From Camelus dromedarius (taxonomy: Eukaryota), in assembly GCF_036321535.1 (NCBI RefSeq), contig NC_087447.1:50036001-50100000 (forward strand): a stretch of 64,000 nt of DNA. The letters run 5' to 3'. Under the pieces are notes generated by a model that worked only from the letters and a program-made list of their open reading frames with translations, had not been told where the DNA came from and made no database searches. Below are positions 26,050 to 39,403 of this stretch, in pieces. Each line of letters opens with the position of its first letter. Positions within the stretch are counted from its first letter, which is position 1. The position numbers were made by a program, and so were the translations under genes.

Positions 26050-26915
26050 TGCTTCTGGTCATACAACTTATAGCAAGAGACATCATCTTGTAGAGGTTAC
26101 AAACGAGGGCTGTTGAGAAACAGAATTCATCTGGGACAGTCAGACATCATTGAGACGAGGTGTGTCAATATACTCACACGGGGTTTCATCAGTTGGGCTG
26201 CACAAAATGTGCAACTTCACATACAGATCCATCTGCTATTTGTAGGACTGCTACAGGTTGGCCAAAAACACAGGACTTCTGACAAAATTATTTTGTGTGA
26301 TTGTCAGCAGAAAAAAGAATGAATGGTGCATTTATAATTCAACTACTGCTTTACTGCGTACATCCCTGACAGGAGAGAAATTCCATCTTGAGCATGCATT
26401 GATGAGAACGAAATCTTCTGCTTACCATTTTATACAATCTAATGATTGGCAGATTTCCCACAGATTATTGTCTGGATCTGTCCACATGCTACAGGCACCA
26501 GGCTCTGTAGGGCACGTTGATGTCACACGTGGCCCTGTACCATGGTGTCACGATGCTGGATGCAGCTGCGCAGAGGATAGTGGGAGAATCCTGGAAGCCA
26601 TTCCACACCAGGATGGTCAGCACTAATGGGCACCATGTATGCATATATGCCCCTGGACACAAGTGAAACTCGAACTCGACTTCCCCTCTGTCAGATTCCA
26701 AAAATATCTATAGCCACTCCAGAGGAAGCAGTGCAGGGCCAGTCAAAGTCGGCAGACACAGATGTCTTAACCAACTGGACTTAAAATATTATATTTTTGC
26801 AATTTTCACAAGAACATATAATCATGTGAACACATTGCTAGCCCCACCCGCTCATCCCCACCCAGGCCTTGAAAGGAGCTCAGGCCGCTGCAGCTCTAGC
26901 TGCATCAGCACCTCT
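26050..26915 (-). mobile_element. Zaphod/MER115-type hAT-Tip100 DNA transposon fragment (5' part)
   Basis: Reverse complement contains 'ctagcaatgtgttcacatgattatatgtt', 'ggaatggcttccagga', 'ttctcatcaatgc...tttctctcctgtcagg', 'attataaatgcacca', 'gatgtctcttgctataagttgtatga', colinear with the Zaphod/MER115 consensus as I recall it. Confidence 0.7.
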
Positions 26916-27369
26916 GGAAATCAGGTTCCTGTTTCTCCAGGTTCTGTCTCCAGCTCAGTTCTGCTCCACACCCTTCCATGTCTCCCCATTGTCCTCGGGG
27001 TAAAGCTGGGCATTCAGGTCCTTGGTGTCATGGGGACTTCATTAGCGCCCCTTGTTCCTGAGGAACTGTGGGAGGTGGGATTTCAGGGGGAGAGCAAAGA
27101 CAGGGAGCCAGTGGGTAACTCTGAGGACAGCAGGGATGACAGGCCTAGGGGCAGTAACCGCCATGGACACCTGTGGGGAGAGGGCTTCGTAGATCCCACG
27201 GACGCCCCTGGCACTTACCTGAGAGATGAGGGCCCATGGGTCAGGGCAGCACCCACATCCTGATGCCTGCATCTCCCACTGCTGAGACCAAGGCAGAGCC
27301 CTCATTTTCCTGTGAAATTTCTTTCTAGACCCCAGAGTGGGTTTAGCGGTGGGGTGTATGGGTGAGGTG

Positions 27370-27590
27370 GTGGGAGGGCAGTGGAAAGGACCCTGGATCT
27401 AAAATCCACAGACCTGAGTTCAAGTGCCTGCTCTGTCCTGGGCTGTGTGATCTTGGGCAAGTGGCTTAACATCTCTGAATTTCGATGTCCTCATCTATAA
27501 ATCATGGAGTACTTATTTCATCTCTGGGCTCTTGTGAGAGACAAATGAATCAAGTGTCATGAAGATACAGGCACACAGTAGGGCCTCACT
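27370..27590 (+). mobile_element. MIR SINE
   Basis: 'agacctgagttcaagtgcctgctctg...ctgtgtgatcttgggcaagtggcttaacatctctgaatttcgatgtcctcatctataaa'. Confidence 0.8.
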
Positions 27591-30500
27591 GATCCCTGCC
27601 TGGCAGGGGACACTGAACGCCTTTGCCTGCCTTGATTCTAAGTGACTTCTGAGCCTCCTCAGTAGGTTAGGCCATCCTGTTGACTACTAGCTTCACAAAT
27701 TCTTCTGAAGAGTTAATGTCACTTGGCCCCATCCCGAAGCCCCACACAGCCCTTGATTTCCAGCACTGGCTGCCCCCAACCCCTCTGCTGTGAGACCATC
27801 CAGGGTGGGGAGAGGGCTGGGCAGGGGCCAAGGAGCACGATGAGCTCCACGATGAGCTCCGCGCTGGGCCTCGGCCTCCCTGACTGAACCTCGAGGGGCG
27901 AGCGGCCGGGTTGAGCCCAGAGCAGCCCCTCCCACCGGCTCTGGTTCCCATTATCATTCTTTCTCATGTTCTTCCAGACCAGCCTCCTCCAAACCCCTTT
28001 CAGCACCACTTCTGGTTCTTCTCTGGAGACGCCCTGTCTGCCCGCCCCACCTCCCTGCACACCTCCGGGCACCCCGCCTGGCCACCTGCCTGCACCTTGC
28101 TGCTCAAGGCTGGAGTCTGAGGAGAGCCTGAGGGGAGCCTGAGGGGGAGGGGCATGTAGGGTGATGAGTGTTCACAGGGTCCCCCGAGAGCTGGGACTGA
28201 CCCAGCTGGTGACACCCAGACCTGACTTGCCCCTGGGCTCCCCTCCGAGTGGCCGTGTGACTCAGGGTGGATCTCTTCCCTTGCTGAGCCTGATTCTGAG
28301 AGTTCGAAGGGGGCTGTTGAGAAATTCACAAGGAAGGGCCCATCCCTGCTCTCAGAGAAGCCCTCTGAGCAGCGCCTTCCTCCCGTCCTCCCTGAGAGGG
28401 TGCTTGTCAGCGAGCCCCTGCAGAGACGCCTCCTGCCCTTCAGAACAAGGTGCCCAACGGTGGGCCCTCCCAGTGTGGGATGGCCGGTCCCGGGACCCAC
28501 GATGAGGTCGTCCACCTCTAGGCCTTCGCACGGGAAGTCCCACCACCCCCAACCCTGTGTGATCCTGGAAGTCACCCAGGCTCTTACCTCACATGTCACA
28601 TATTCCGAACAGCACTTTACCCTTGACGAAGTACACTCCCAGCTCTCCTTTCTTCTGGGCCTTGCAGTGTGGTACATCCTCGCAGGTGTGAGCCATCATT
28701 CCATTTTATAGATAAAGAAACCAAGTCTCAGAGAATGGTGGTGGGTAGGCCAAGCTTACCCAAGTGGCAGAGGCCATAGTCTACCCAACCAAAGCCAAAG
28801 CTGGCCTTTCTCCACCCCCATGGGCAGGGCTGGTCATTTGGGTTATTGAGAGTGGAAATGAATTAACCGAGCTCTTCTTCAGTGAAACATTTTCAGGCCT
28901 CAGAACAGAAGTGTGTTGTGGGGAGGTGGGGGCTGCAGTCTGGAGTTGCTCGGGCTACAGGTGTTGGATATTGTTCTTGATTAGTGGGAAAGGTCCCCCC
29001 TCTCCAGCCTGGCACATGCTTGGGGTTCCAGCATTGCTGCAGAAATCCAGAGGCTGGCGGGGGCCAAGCATGAGGAAGGACCTGGGTGTTTTAAGCAGGA
29101 GAGAGACCTGGGGCCCGGCCTCCACGCAGGAGTTCTGAGGCCACTGACTGTGCGGAGGCCCTACGCTCAGGGCCAGAGCTGCGGCCATGGTGGGAGCTGG
29201 ACACCTGAGTTCTGGTCCTGGCTGGGCCGTTAGTCCCCTGTGTTGACCTCCCTCCACCCGGGTGTCACATCTACTAAGTAGGGACACATTCCCTCCCCTG
29301 TTAGCAGCTTTGGGCTCCTGGGGACTCAGAGACAGAGGATGGGGAAGCTCGGGGCAGACTGCCCGGTGCCGAACCCAGCTGGGCTTTTCCTAGCTTCCTT
29401 ACCTGCCGCGGGGGGCATCAGGCCCTCCCTGTCCTTCCTCCCAGGGTCAAGGGATGAATGCAGGGGCCCTTTGTAAATGGTGAAGTGCTGGCTCATGAGG
29501 TATCCTTACTGAGCAGGGAAATAGAAACCGTTTTCTCTGGACTTGGTTTCCAGGCATGTTTGGATTGTATGATTTATGGATCTTAGCGGTTTCTTGTTCA
29601 GTCATTCATCCATCCATCTGTCCTTCTAACAGCCACTAACCCACCCCAGGAGCTGCAGTGGAAGCCCAGACAGCATGACCCGGAGCCAGCCTTGTGCCCT
29701 CCACCCAGCACAGGCCCCCTAAGCACTTAGATACCCTTAGAGATGACCTGGGTCCCCTCCACTCCACTTTCCAAATGTGGAAACTGAGGTCCAGAGACAG
29801 GAAGGGGGGAACCCGACACTGATCTGACCAGTTGCAGACCTCAGCCTCACACTCTCCCAGCCCCCTCCCCAGGCTGATCTCTGACCCTGGCCTGGGCCAG
29901 CCTGGGGTTTCTCAGGCTTGGAGTGAGTCCAGTGGGACAGGGGCCAGGCCACCTCCTGGGCTGGGAACAGCATAGCCCCTATCCACCAGCTCCAGCTCAG
30001 GCCCAGGCAGGGGGCAGAGTGTGGGGGGTGGGTGGGGAGGGAGGGGGCCAGCGAGGCCCAGCCCCCCTGCTCTGCAGCACATGATATTATCTCTGGCCTT
30101 GGCTCAGCCCTCCAAGCAGGATGCGGCTTTCAACACCTCTCTCCCCTCGGACGGACTTGGGGCTTTTCGAGTTTCTCACGGCATGGATTGAGGGGCCGGG
30201 TCCCAGGCAGAGAAGGCTCCCAACCAAGGCCACCCCCACCCCTAAGGCTGCCAGTCCTCAGACAGCCACAGCCTCTGATGAAGGAGGGGGAAGGGCCGTG
30301 GTGCATGAGAGGAAAGGGGTCCCAGGAACCGTTCCGCTGAATGTCTCCCCCACCCCCTCCCCCTTCTGTTGTCCATAATCCAAGGCGCCTGTTCAAGGAA
30401 TTCTCCACCGTGTGTTAGTGATTTATTTATACTAGGCTCATCCCGCCTGCCAGCATCCTGCCCTCACGGAGGCCGGCGGGTGACAGACCCCACTCCTCCC

Positions 30501-32599
30501 CCGCCCCCCCATCCCTGGGGCCATTTTCATCAGCCCTGGCAGGTCTGGCCCTGCTCCAGGCTGCTCCAGATGGCGGGGCTCTCTGCTGGACATTGCAGGC
30601 TTTCAGGGGACCCTGCAATCTCACTTCTGGGACCTAGCCAACCCCCTTAGAGTCTGTGGACCCTCCTCCTCAATCCTGCTGGGCCCTTCCTCCCAACTGG
30701 GAGGTGACAGGTGATCTTTAAGAGCAAGAAGGAACCTTATGGACATTTAATCCAGTCCCCCCATTGAACAGATGGACAACTAGAGGCCAAGAGAGGCAAA
30801 GGCTGGGAGACAGTGGAGAGGCCCCAGCCCTGTGACTGTCCAAAGGTCTTTAAAATTATTGAGGACTCCTCTGACCCACAAAGGGTTAATGTCCCCACTT
30901 TACACATGAAGAAGTGAGGCTGAGCCTGGGAAAGTGGCCCACAGATATTCAGCCTGGGCCAGAGCATGAGTTCCATCCTGTCTCTCGCCATCTCTCTCTG
31001 TCTCTGCTCATTTAGACTGGGCCTCCAGCTCCCAGGCTGTCACTGCTCTGTGTGATCAGGACTGCCCCAGGACTACAAGGATTTCCGGCTTGAGGGAGCT
31101 GGGTGGGAGTCTGTATGTTGTGAGGATGTGTTGTGCCCTGGGGATGGAGGGGGGCACACCTGTTCCTGAGCCCCCAGGGGACACAAGCTTACTGGTGGGT
31201 GGTGTCCAGCCCTTGCCCCTTGGCCCCTCAGCGCCTCCCCTAGTCCTGGTGAGCATGAAGAGGGAGCTAGCCCATTCGCCCACACAGCCCACAGCAAGAG
31301 AGTACTGGGGCGGGGGCACTTCATGCTGTGGCCTGAGATATTATTCACTCACCACTGGCTCTGGATCTTGAGACCTGTGATCCCAAAGTGGAAGAAGGAA
31401 GAACCTTCTGTGTTTCTGGCTCTTCTAAGCAAGTGTCCTTCCCCTGTCTCCTTCCCAGCTGACCTTTAAAAGGTAGGCAGAGGTGAGGAACCATGGTACA
31501 GATGAGAAGACTGAAGCCCAGAAGCTTGCAGAGACTGGATCTGGCTTGCTACACGAATGACCCTGGGCAAGTCACTTACTCCCTGTGGGCCAGTTTCTCC
31601 ATCTCACCCTGAGGGGAGGGGAGCAGTTAGATAAGATACCCACCAAGGCCCTCTCTTCCCAGGCAGCCACACCCAACCCAGCCTCCTTCTCCCAGTGCCC
31701 AGTGTGAGGTCAGGTGCCTGGAGACAGAACCCTGCCTGCCTCAGGCCCCCACTGTGGGTGCAGATGACATGGATGCACAGCTGAGCTCCTGCCGTGGGCC
31801 AAGTGCTGAATCAAGCCCTATGTACACTTCCTCTCAAGCCTCCAAGCTCCTGTGAGGTCTGTGTGAGTAGTCCCATGTGATAGAATGAAGGTCAGAGAGG
31901 TTATGTAACTTGTCTAAGGTCACACAGCTTTCTGGGGATACCAGTGTCACCCTCTGTGCCTGGTTGCCTGGCAGGGCTCCCTAGCCAGGGTGGAAGGAGG
32001 GTCAGGACAAAGGCAATAGGCAGGCTACCTCTGTCCTCTGAGTGCAGAAACTGGGCTAGTGGAGGACCAGACTGCAGCACTGAATTGGGAAATTGGGGTT
32101 TGGGTCTGTGGCCACCTAATGCTGGCTGGTTTAGGGGGCTCTCTGATTGGGTCTGTGAGCTTCTCCCCTCCTCCCACAGAAAATCCTTCCTGGTTCTGAC
32201 CAAACAGAGCCCCTTCTGGGATGGCTGCCTCCATTTGCCCAGAAATAACAAGCCCCTTAGGCTTCCTGGGAGTGAGGGGAGGGTGGGTGGGCTAGGGGAG
32301 AACCACTTGGCCACTGACCTCTCTGTGCTCAGTCCTTGCTTCTGGGGAATTTTGGTGCAGCCCTAGGCCTCAGGCGGACTGCACCCTTCCACCCTGGTCA
32401 CCACCGTCTGCTGGAGAGTGCTTGGCTGGGAGAAGGAGCCCCAGGGATCGGTTCCTGCTCTGCTGCTGCCCTCTCTGCAGCCTGGAAGTCTCCCCTGCCC
32501 GACATGGACCTGTGGAGGCAGCTGGAGCAGACATACTTGGGGAGTTCTGGGGCAGGCATATCTGGGTTTGAGTCTTGCCAGGGACAGGTTAGAACAAAT

Positions 32600-32810
32600 C
32601 AGGCTCCAGGTGTCAAACGTTCTGACTCAAATGTTTACAAGCTGTGTAGCTGTGGGTAAATCACTCCACCCCTCTGAGCCTTGGTTTCCTCATCTGTGGA
32701 AGAGGGTAATAACAGGGCAGGACTCACTGGAGTGTTCTGAGGGTTAAATGAGTTAATGCAAAGCACTTAGCCTGACTAATGGCTCAAGGAAAGTAGATAG
32801 TCAGTGTTGA
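32600..32810 (+). mobile_element. MIR SINE
   Basis: 'ctctgagccttggtttcctcatctgtggaagagggtaataacag...gttaaatgagttaatgcaaagcacttag'. Confidence 0.8.
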
Positions 32811-35800
32811 CTATTGTCATGGCTGTGACTAGTCATTGACCCCTCTGAGTCATGGGTCCTCTTCATAGGGTAGGGTTCCTGATTTAGGCCTCATGGGGTT
32901 GTGGTGACCAGCCTCTGTAGCAAAGTTCCTGCAAGGAATGTGGTCCACACATGAGCCTATCTGTGAAATGGAGAGAGTAAGACCCTTGCTTATCCGCTTT
33001 CCAAAGGGCCACAGACAGGATATGAAAATGATGGAAATAAAAAATGAAATCATAATAAGCCCAGAATATGGGCATCAATTTTCAGTTAAGGCCCAGAGAG
33101 GGACAGTGACTTGTCCAAGGTCACACAGCAGTTAAGGCTTGTTCCAGGTTGCAAAGTCAGTTCTCCTGACTCCAGCTCTTCCTCTGAGAGGTCCTGAAGG
33201 GTTGGACAGAGAGAAGTGACGAGAAATATTTCTTGGATGAGGGTTGAATATCCACAGGGTGGGATCATGGAGGTCTTGAAATTTGGATATGATCCAGCAG
33301 GCTGGAGGGTGCCCTGGGGGAGTTGAGCATTTGGGGCAAGCCGCCTGTTGACACTGTGAGCAGAGCCCAGCCCTAGGAGATGGTGAAGGTGAGAGGGGCT
33401 CAAGGATCTATCTGGCTGAGGGAGTGGCTGTGCTGGCTGGAAGCATGATGTGCAGGCTCCTCTGGTCCAGATCCCAAACACTGGCCCAGACCCCAGGCTT
33501 GGCAGACTCCTTCCTGCTGCGCCCGTCAACATCCCCTTCCTGATCCCTCCGTAGGGGATGAAGGGCTGGGTGTGGCTTCTATCAGGGGACATCAGAATTG
33601 GGGTCTCTGTGATCAGACATCACAAAAGCCAGGTCTAGATCAGATCTCATAGCTGCATGGCTGGGCCTGGGCCTGTGGACAAAGTCAAGCAATACCCTTC
33701 ACTGGTGACCCCAAGCCAGCTGTATTCAGAATGGTGCCCAGCTCCCCTCCCCTTGGGTGGCCCAGAACTGCATACCATAGGCACTCAGGGGCCAATTACT
33801 TGCATGATGGCGACTTCCTCTGGCTGGGCTTGGGAAGGGCAAAAGGGAGGGGGGAACACCAGGTGTCTGTCTGCCATCCATCTGCAGGACTGAGATGGAG
33901 ATGAGGCAGAACAGGGGCTGCTGAGGCCCCTTGGCTGAGGAGGTAGAGCGCCTGGGCACTGCTTTTCCCTCCAACTGTCCCTCGGGGCTTCTCTGAATAT
34001 TAATCTGTCAAACTAGGGGGATAACAAGGGAGTAAAAGTCACAGACTGGAAACACAGGCACGCGCCTGTTATTTCAGGTGTGGGAGGGGAGTGGGCTGGA
34101 GGAGCAGGCTGGCCCCTTGGAAACTAAGCTGTCCGCTGACAACCTTAGCCGCCAGCCCTCTGTGGGGTGTCTGTCTCCTCTCCCCTCCAGCACGGCTCAC
34201 TCCTGGAGAACCAGTCTGAGGCCTTGGAGCAGTGAGAGATGCGGGTATTCTGGGCAAACAGTGCAGGCTTCTTGGAGGTGTGAAGGGCTCCCCCAGAGAG
34301 GAAGTCACTGTGGGAAAAGAGTGCTGGGGTCCAGCAGGTCAGCTCTCGGGTAGCCCTGGCACCTGCATATGCTGAGCCTCTGTCCCCCGTGCGTCCTCAA
34401 CCACCCTCCTCACCCAGCGAGGGTGCTCCCTGCTCCTCACACTTCACACTCTCTTCATGGCAGCTGTGGTGGATGGGATGTGAAAGTGATAGGAATGAAA
34501 AATGAATTCTTAAGAGACCCAGAATCTGGACATCACTTTGGCGGGGAGGCAGGGGTCTTGCTCATATTTTCCAGAACTTTTTCAGATCCTCCCTGCCTGG
34601 GCTGGGTGCTGGGATCCAGAGGAGGATCTGACCCAGCTCTTGCCTAGGAGGTGCCCCCAAACTGGGGTCAGAGAAAGCCAGGGATGATTCCTCTTGGGTC
34701 CCCAGAGCCCGATAAAGAGCTTGTTAAAGGGAACGAGTAATCAAATGAGGCAATGTCCATGGAACCCCCTCTTGTGTGTTAAGGACCCTCCAACTGCAAA
34801 CTGATCTCCTAGGGTTTCATCCACCTGAGGTGGGAGGCAGAGGCAGGAGTCCCCTTCCCTCCACCCACCCCAGCTTTGCTGTGCAAATTGAGGGTGGGGA
34901 CCTGCAGGGAACAGCGAAGAGGATGAGCAGGGAAGGGCCAGGACGCTCTTTCTCCAGGCCAGGCTGACTGCTCACAGGAGAAGGGCTTGCAGCAGAGCAG
35001 GAGCCCTAAGCAGTCTAGGCAGTGAGAGGTTGCTCAAAAGACATATTCACCCGAATCCCTCTCCCAGGGTATCAAGAGAATGAGTGGCCCAGTCTCTGGG
35101 GATACCTGCCCAAAGCCTGGGTTCTTAAACCCAAAGGGAGACATATCCAGGGCCCTGGGACAATGGAGCCACGAGGCAGAGCCAAAGCCTAGGAGGGTGA
35201 GGTAGTCAGAACAAGCCCACCTTCCTTCCCTCCCTCTTCTCCCCTCCATACCTTTCCTCTCTCCCTTTTCATTCTTGTGCTCCATTGGTTGGTGGATTTA
35301 TTCACAGAATGTTTTTAGGAGCACAGAGGTCCATCTAGGATCACTTAGACATTGCTTTGAACCAATTGGAGCTTAAAATTTGGAACCTCAACTCAGAACT
35401 AAAATGTGGTGTCCAGATGGAGGACTTGGAGGGTGGGTTAGGCAGTCACCAACCCTTACAATGTTTCTGAAACTTTTAAAATTCACGCGTTCTTTTGGTA
35501 CACATAGAATCTCATGCCATCTTTTAATATTATTTGAAATTCAAATTGAATTCAATCCTGTGGCTAAATGTGAAAGAGGGCAAAGAGACCTCGCCATGCC
35601 CCCATTTGACAGGGCCTTCCTGCCCTCCCATCCTTTAGCAAATCACCGCTGTGAGGTCAGAAAGGGGGTGGGAGACTCAGGCTGGCAGCACATGAGGCTC
35701 CTCTCCTCCTGGGGGAAGGGACTGCAGGAGGCAGCCCTCCAGGTCACAACGACAGGCCAGGCCTGCCCGTTAGCGCCCTTTCAATGCAAACTCTCCTCCA

Positions 35801-36009
35801 TGGGGTAAAACCCGGTCCTAGCACTTTAGTGTGAAATGGCAGCCAGTGGGTGCCCATCACCACCCGCATCTTGATACTTTTTTGTAGCTTTTATTTTAGG
35901 GGAGCAAGAAGGGTGACTTGGAGACCCAGAGAGCTCCAAGACTGCAATCGTGGAGGTCCTCCCTAGGGGTGGACATCTTCTCAAGGTCAGGTCTATAGTC
36001 TGAGTCTAC

Positions 36010-36120
36010 AGCCTAAGTTCCCAAACCTGGAGAGGAATCACCTGGGACCCTGGCTGAAAGGCAGACTTCTGGACCCTACCCTCTGAATCAGAAATGCTGT
36101 ATTTTAACCAGGTCCTGTCA
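36010..36120. mobile_element. MER5-like hAT fragment
   Basis: 'gttcccaaacctgg...gaatcacctggga...gcagacttctggaccctacc...ctgaatcagaa...tgtattttaaccagg'. Confidence 0.55.
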
Positions 36121-36140
36121 CAGCATAGTATGTATGCTTC

Positions 36141-36164
36141 TGTGTGTGTGTGTGTGTGTGTGTG
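36141..36164. repeat. (TG)12 microsatellite
   Basis: Read directly. Confidence 0.95.
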
Positions 36165-39100
36165 CACTCACAGGCACACTGTGCAGGTGTCTTCCAGTCA
36201 GGCATCACCTCCTGGAAGCATGGCCCCTTGGGCCTTTTCAGTCACTTCACCTCACACGAGGTTGGCACCCCCATAGTCACGGCGACAACAGGAAGAACTG
36301 AAAGAAGATGCTCACTGTACAACTGACACAATGTCACTATTGGAAACCCGGTTTTGACATCCCTTCTTTTATAAACCAGGAGGAACAACAGAGGAAGAGG
36401 TGGTACCTCTCAGGACCCCTGAGAGGCTGGGGGCAGTTCTGAGGAGGGGCCGGGTTGCTGCCTCTCATCAAGCCCTTGGGAGCTTTGGGAAGGTTTGTTG
36501 ACTGCATGAATGAAGGAAATAGTGGGGCCACCTCCCTAGCAAGTGGGCCCTGTGGACTCTAGCTGGCAGTCCTGACCTCTCTGACTGCGGGAGGGCGGGG
36601 GTTCCTGAGCGCAGGTTGGGGTGGTCATGGGCACGACTGGAGGCCTGACTGTGGGTCTCGTTCCCACCTGACCTCCTCTGGTCAAGTTCACAGTGAAGAG
36701 AGGAGGTGAGACGTCCGGCCCACCCTGGGAACCCCGCGGGAGCCCAATTATTTACTGGAAACAGTGAGGGATGCATTCTTGGCGGCTGATCACTACGTGC
36801 AAATCAGAGACACAGCTGATCTCAAGTCTGGTTTTGATCAGTTACAACTGAATAGATGGCTTGTTAAATCTGAGCTGAGGAAGCCTCCTTTCTGGAACCC
36901 CCTTCCGGCCCTCCTCATTTCACCTCAGGGTTGAAAGGCCTTTTGGAGAGCAGTGAGTCCAACCCACCCGTTTTACAGATGGAGAGATGGAGGCCTGGAG
37001 AAACCTCTCCAAGACCACGTGCTTGCTGTCGATCTGGAAGCGCCAGCCAGGCCAGGGAGTGCTGTGGTTTGGAGCTCTCTGAACTGAACAGATTCAATCC
37101 AAAGACAAGATCCTGGGGTTCAAGGGCCCCCTTCCCTGCTCTTGGCTTTCCAATATCTCTCCCCATTCAATCTGGATGCTTCCACTAGTTCCCCTCTCCT
37201 TTGTGGTTCAGGGTGGAGGACAGAAGAGACCATCCAGGCTTCAGTGTCCTCATCTGTAAGATGGGTTACCATGATGTGGTCCCCCAATTCAATGAAGAAG
37301 GCAAAGCCCCGCCCACTCTGGTGCCCCGTAGGTCCTGTTTGCTGCACAGGGATCTGCCTCCCTGCAACTTCATCCTTCATCCTTCACCCTTCACCCCTTA
37401 GCTTCCCTTCCTGAGGCCTGGGCTGGCAGCCGGGGTCAGCAAGGTCAGTGGGCCTGGCCCAGCTGTTGGCCTCACTCTCAAGGTCTTTTGATCCACCGCC
37501 AGCTCCAGTGGCCTGGAGCCTGGGCTGGCAGGCTCCAGGCAGTGATGGATGTGCCTGTCTGGCATCCTGCTGGGAAGCACGTCCTCTCCTGCGGGTCCTG
37601 AGGCCTCAGCCTGGCATGCGAAGCCCCCAGCCTCAGTTCTCACACACAGCCACCCTTGCTCACACCCAGCTGTTTCGTCACCTTAGCCCTTTTATCTCCC
37701 AGACCACCTCCAGTCCTCACTCCCACTGTCTCCTCCTCCTGCAGAGCCCTCCAAGGCAGAGTCAAGTTCAGAGCTCCTGGTCAGGTTCACAGCGGCTTTC
37801 CTGTGTGGCCCCTCACTTTATCCACACCACAACCATGATGTGTGAGACAAGTGCCACTGTGATGGTCCCCATCTTACAGATGGAGCCACTAAGGCTTGGC
37901 GAGGCAAAGTCATCTGCTGTCATTGATAAGTAAGGTTTGGAGTCCTGATCTGTCTGCTTACGCCCTATAGGGCTTGGCAGAGAAGATTTCAGAGGCCCAG
38001 AAAGTCCTGAAGTTGGGGCTGGAAGGAGCCTGGGGAGGGGGTTGCATTTAGTCAAAACTTCAGAAGAATTCTCAAATCAGGGACGTCACTAACACTCAGA
38101 ATCTTAGAATAGGGGAATGCCTGAAAGGACTCTTGGGGGACACTGAGCCCACCCAAGAACTCCCAGCAGCCTCCAACCCCTGCTTGAACACCCCCAGCGG
38201 CAGGGAGCTCCCTCTCCAATTTGTGGCAGCCCCTGCCCTTGGGGGACAGCTTTGCCTGGAAGAATGTCTTTTCTCCTTAGAATTGAGAACACTGTGCCTC
38301 CCTGTCGCCCCTTACAATTTGGTGGCCAAGGCCCCCTGGGTCCTCTTCCTTCCAGGCAGGGAGCACAGGGCAGGCTTAGGTATGGGGCAGACATGTAGGG
38401 CTGGGGTAGGGAGACGAAAGGCCATGAGGGCTGGGCCAGAAGTCCAGCCCCACCTGCCACTGACATGGCCCCTACTAAGTCCTCACTCCTCTCTTGGCTC
38501 TATTTCCTCTTCTGGAAATGGTAGAGGGCAGCTGACGGGCTGATAGTCTCTTGGCTCCTTCCTTGTGGCCACCGTGAGGGGCTGTGGGAACCTCAGGTGA
38601 CCTTTGGCTGCCCTCATCTCTCTGGGGGTCGCTGCGCCAGCGGCTCCTTCCAAGCACTGATTAACAGCTGGGGTGCACCTGGTGGGCAGATGTCAGCTCC
38701 TCATCACCCCTGCTGGATCCTGCATGTGTGTGCACACGAGTGTGCATTTATGGGTGTGTGTGCTGACACTTGTGCATGTGTGTGTGGGTGGGCGTGCACA
38801 CACATGTGAGGGTGCCCTGGGGGAGGCACACAATGGTGGTCAGGGGATGGGGCTGGCTCTGCTAGGGCTCACATTAGGACCCTGGGAAGTCCCTGCATGC
38901 TCAGCACCCAGGCCCCCTTTGGCCTGAGCAGTATACTTCAGAGCAGGACCTCAGCGGGACGTGGGCTGTGGGGTCCTCCACAGAGAGGCTGACTCATGGT
39001 GAGGGGTGTGAGTCTGTCTTGGGAAGATGCAGGAGTGAGGGCACTTGCTGAGAGCAAAGGATTGGGCAGAGGGCTGGTGGGGGGGTGCAGCTTGGTACCA

Positions 39101-39351
39101 ACCCTCAGCCCACATTCTGCCTCCCAGAGCCTAGTTCAAGGTCCAGGGGGAAGGGTACCAGCTCCCCCAGGAATCAGCACAGACTATCTCAGTGACCCTG
39201 GAGTTTGGGGTTGAAAGTCCCATTCCACAGAGGGCACCCAGAGAACTCAGCCAAGGTCCCCCTCGTGGGGCTGACTCTTAAGACAACACTTGCCCCACCT
39301 GGGACTGGGAGGCAGCAGTTTCTGCCCGGGCCTGGGTGGCTAGGTGGGGCT

Positions 39352-39403
39352 GGGGCAAGGCAGGGGCACAGGCAGGGCCACAGGCAGGGGCACAGGCAGG
39401 GCC
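39352..39403. repeat. 12-bp G-rich tandem repeat (GGCAGGGSCACA, about 3.5 copies)
   Basis: ggcaggggcaca ggcagggccaca ggcaggggcaca ggcagggcc. Confidence 0.85.

Noticed and set aside
26258..26626. + strand ORF with faint resemblance to a hAT transposase C-terminus
   Set aside because: The region matches the 5' part of Zaphod/MER115 on the opposite strand; the resemblance needed frameshifts and stops and is probably chance
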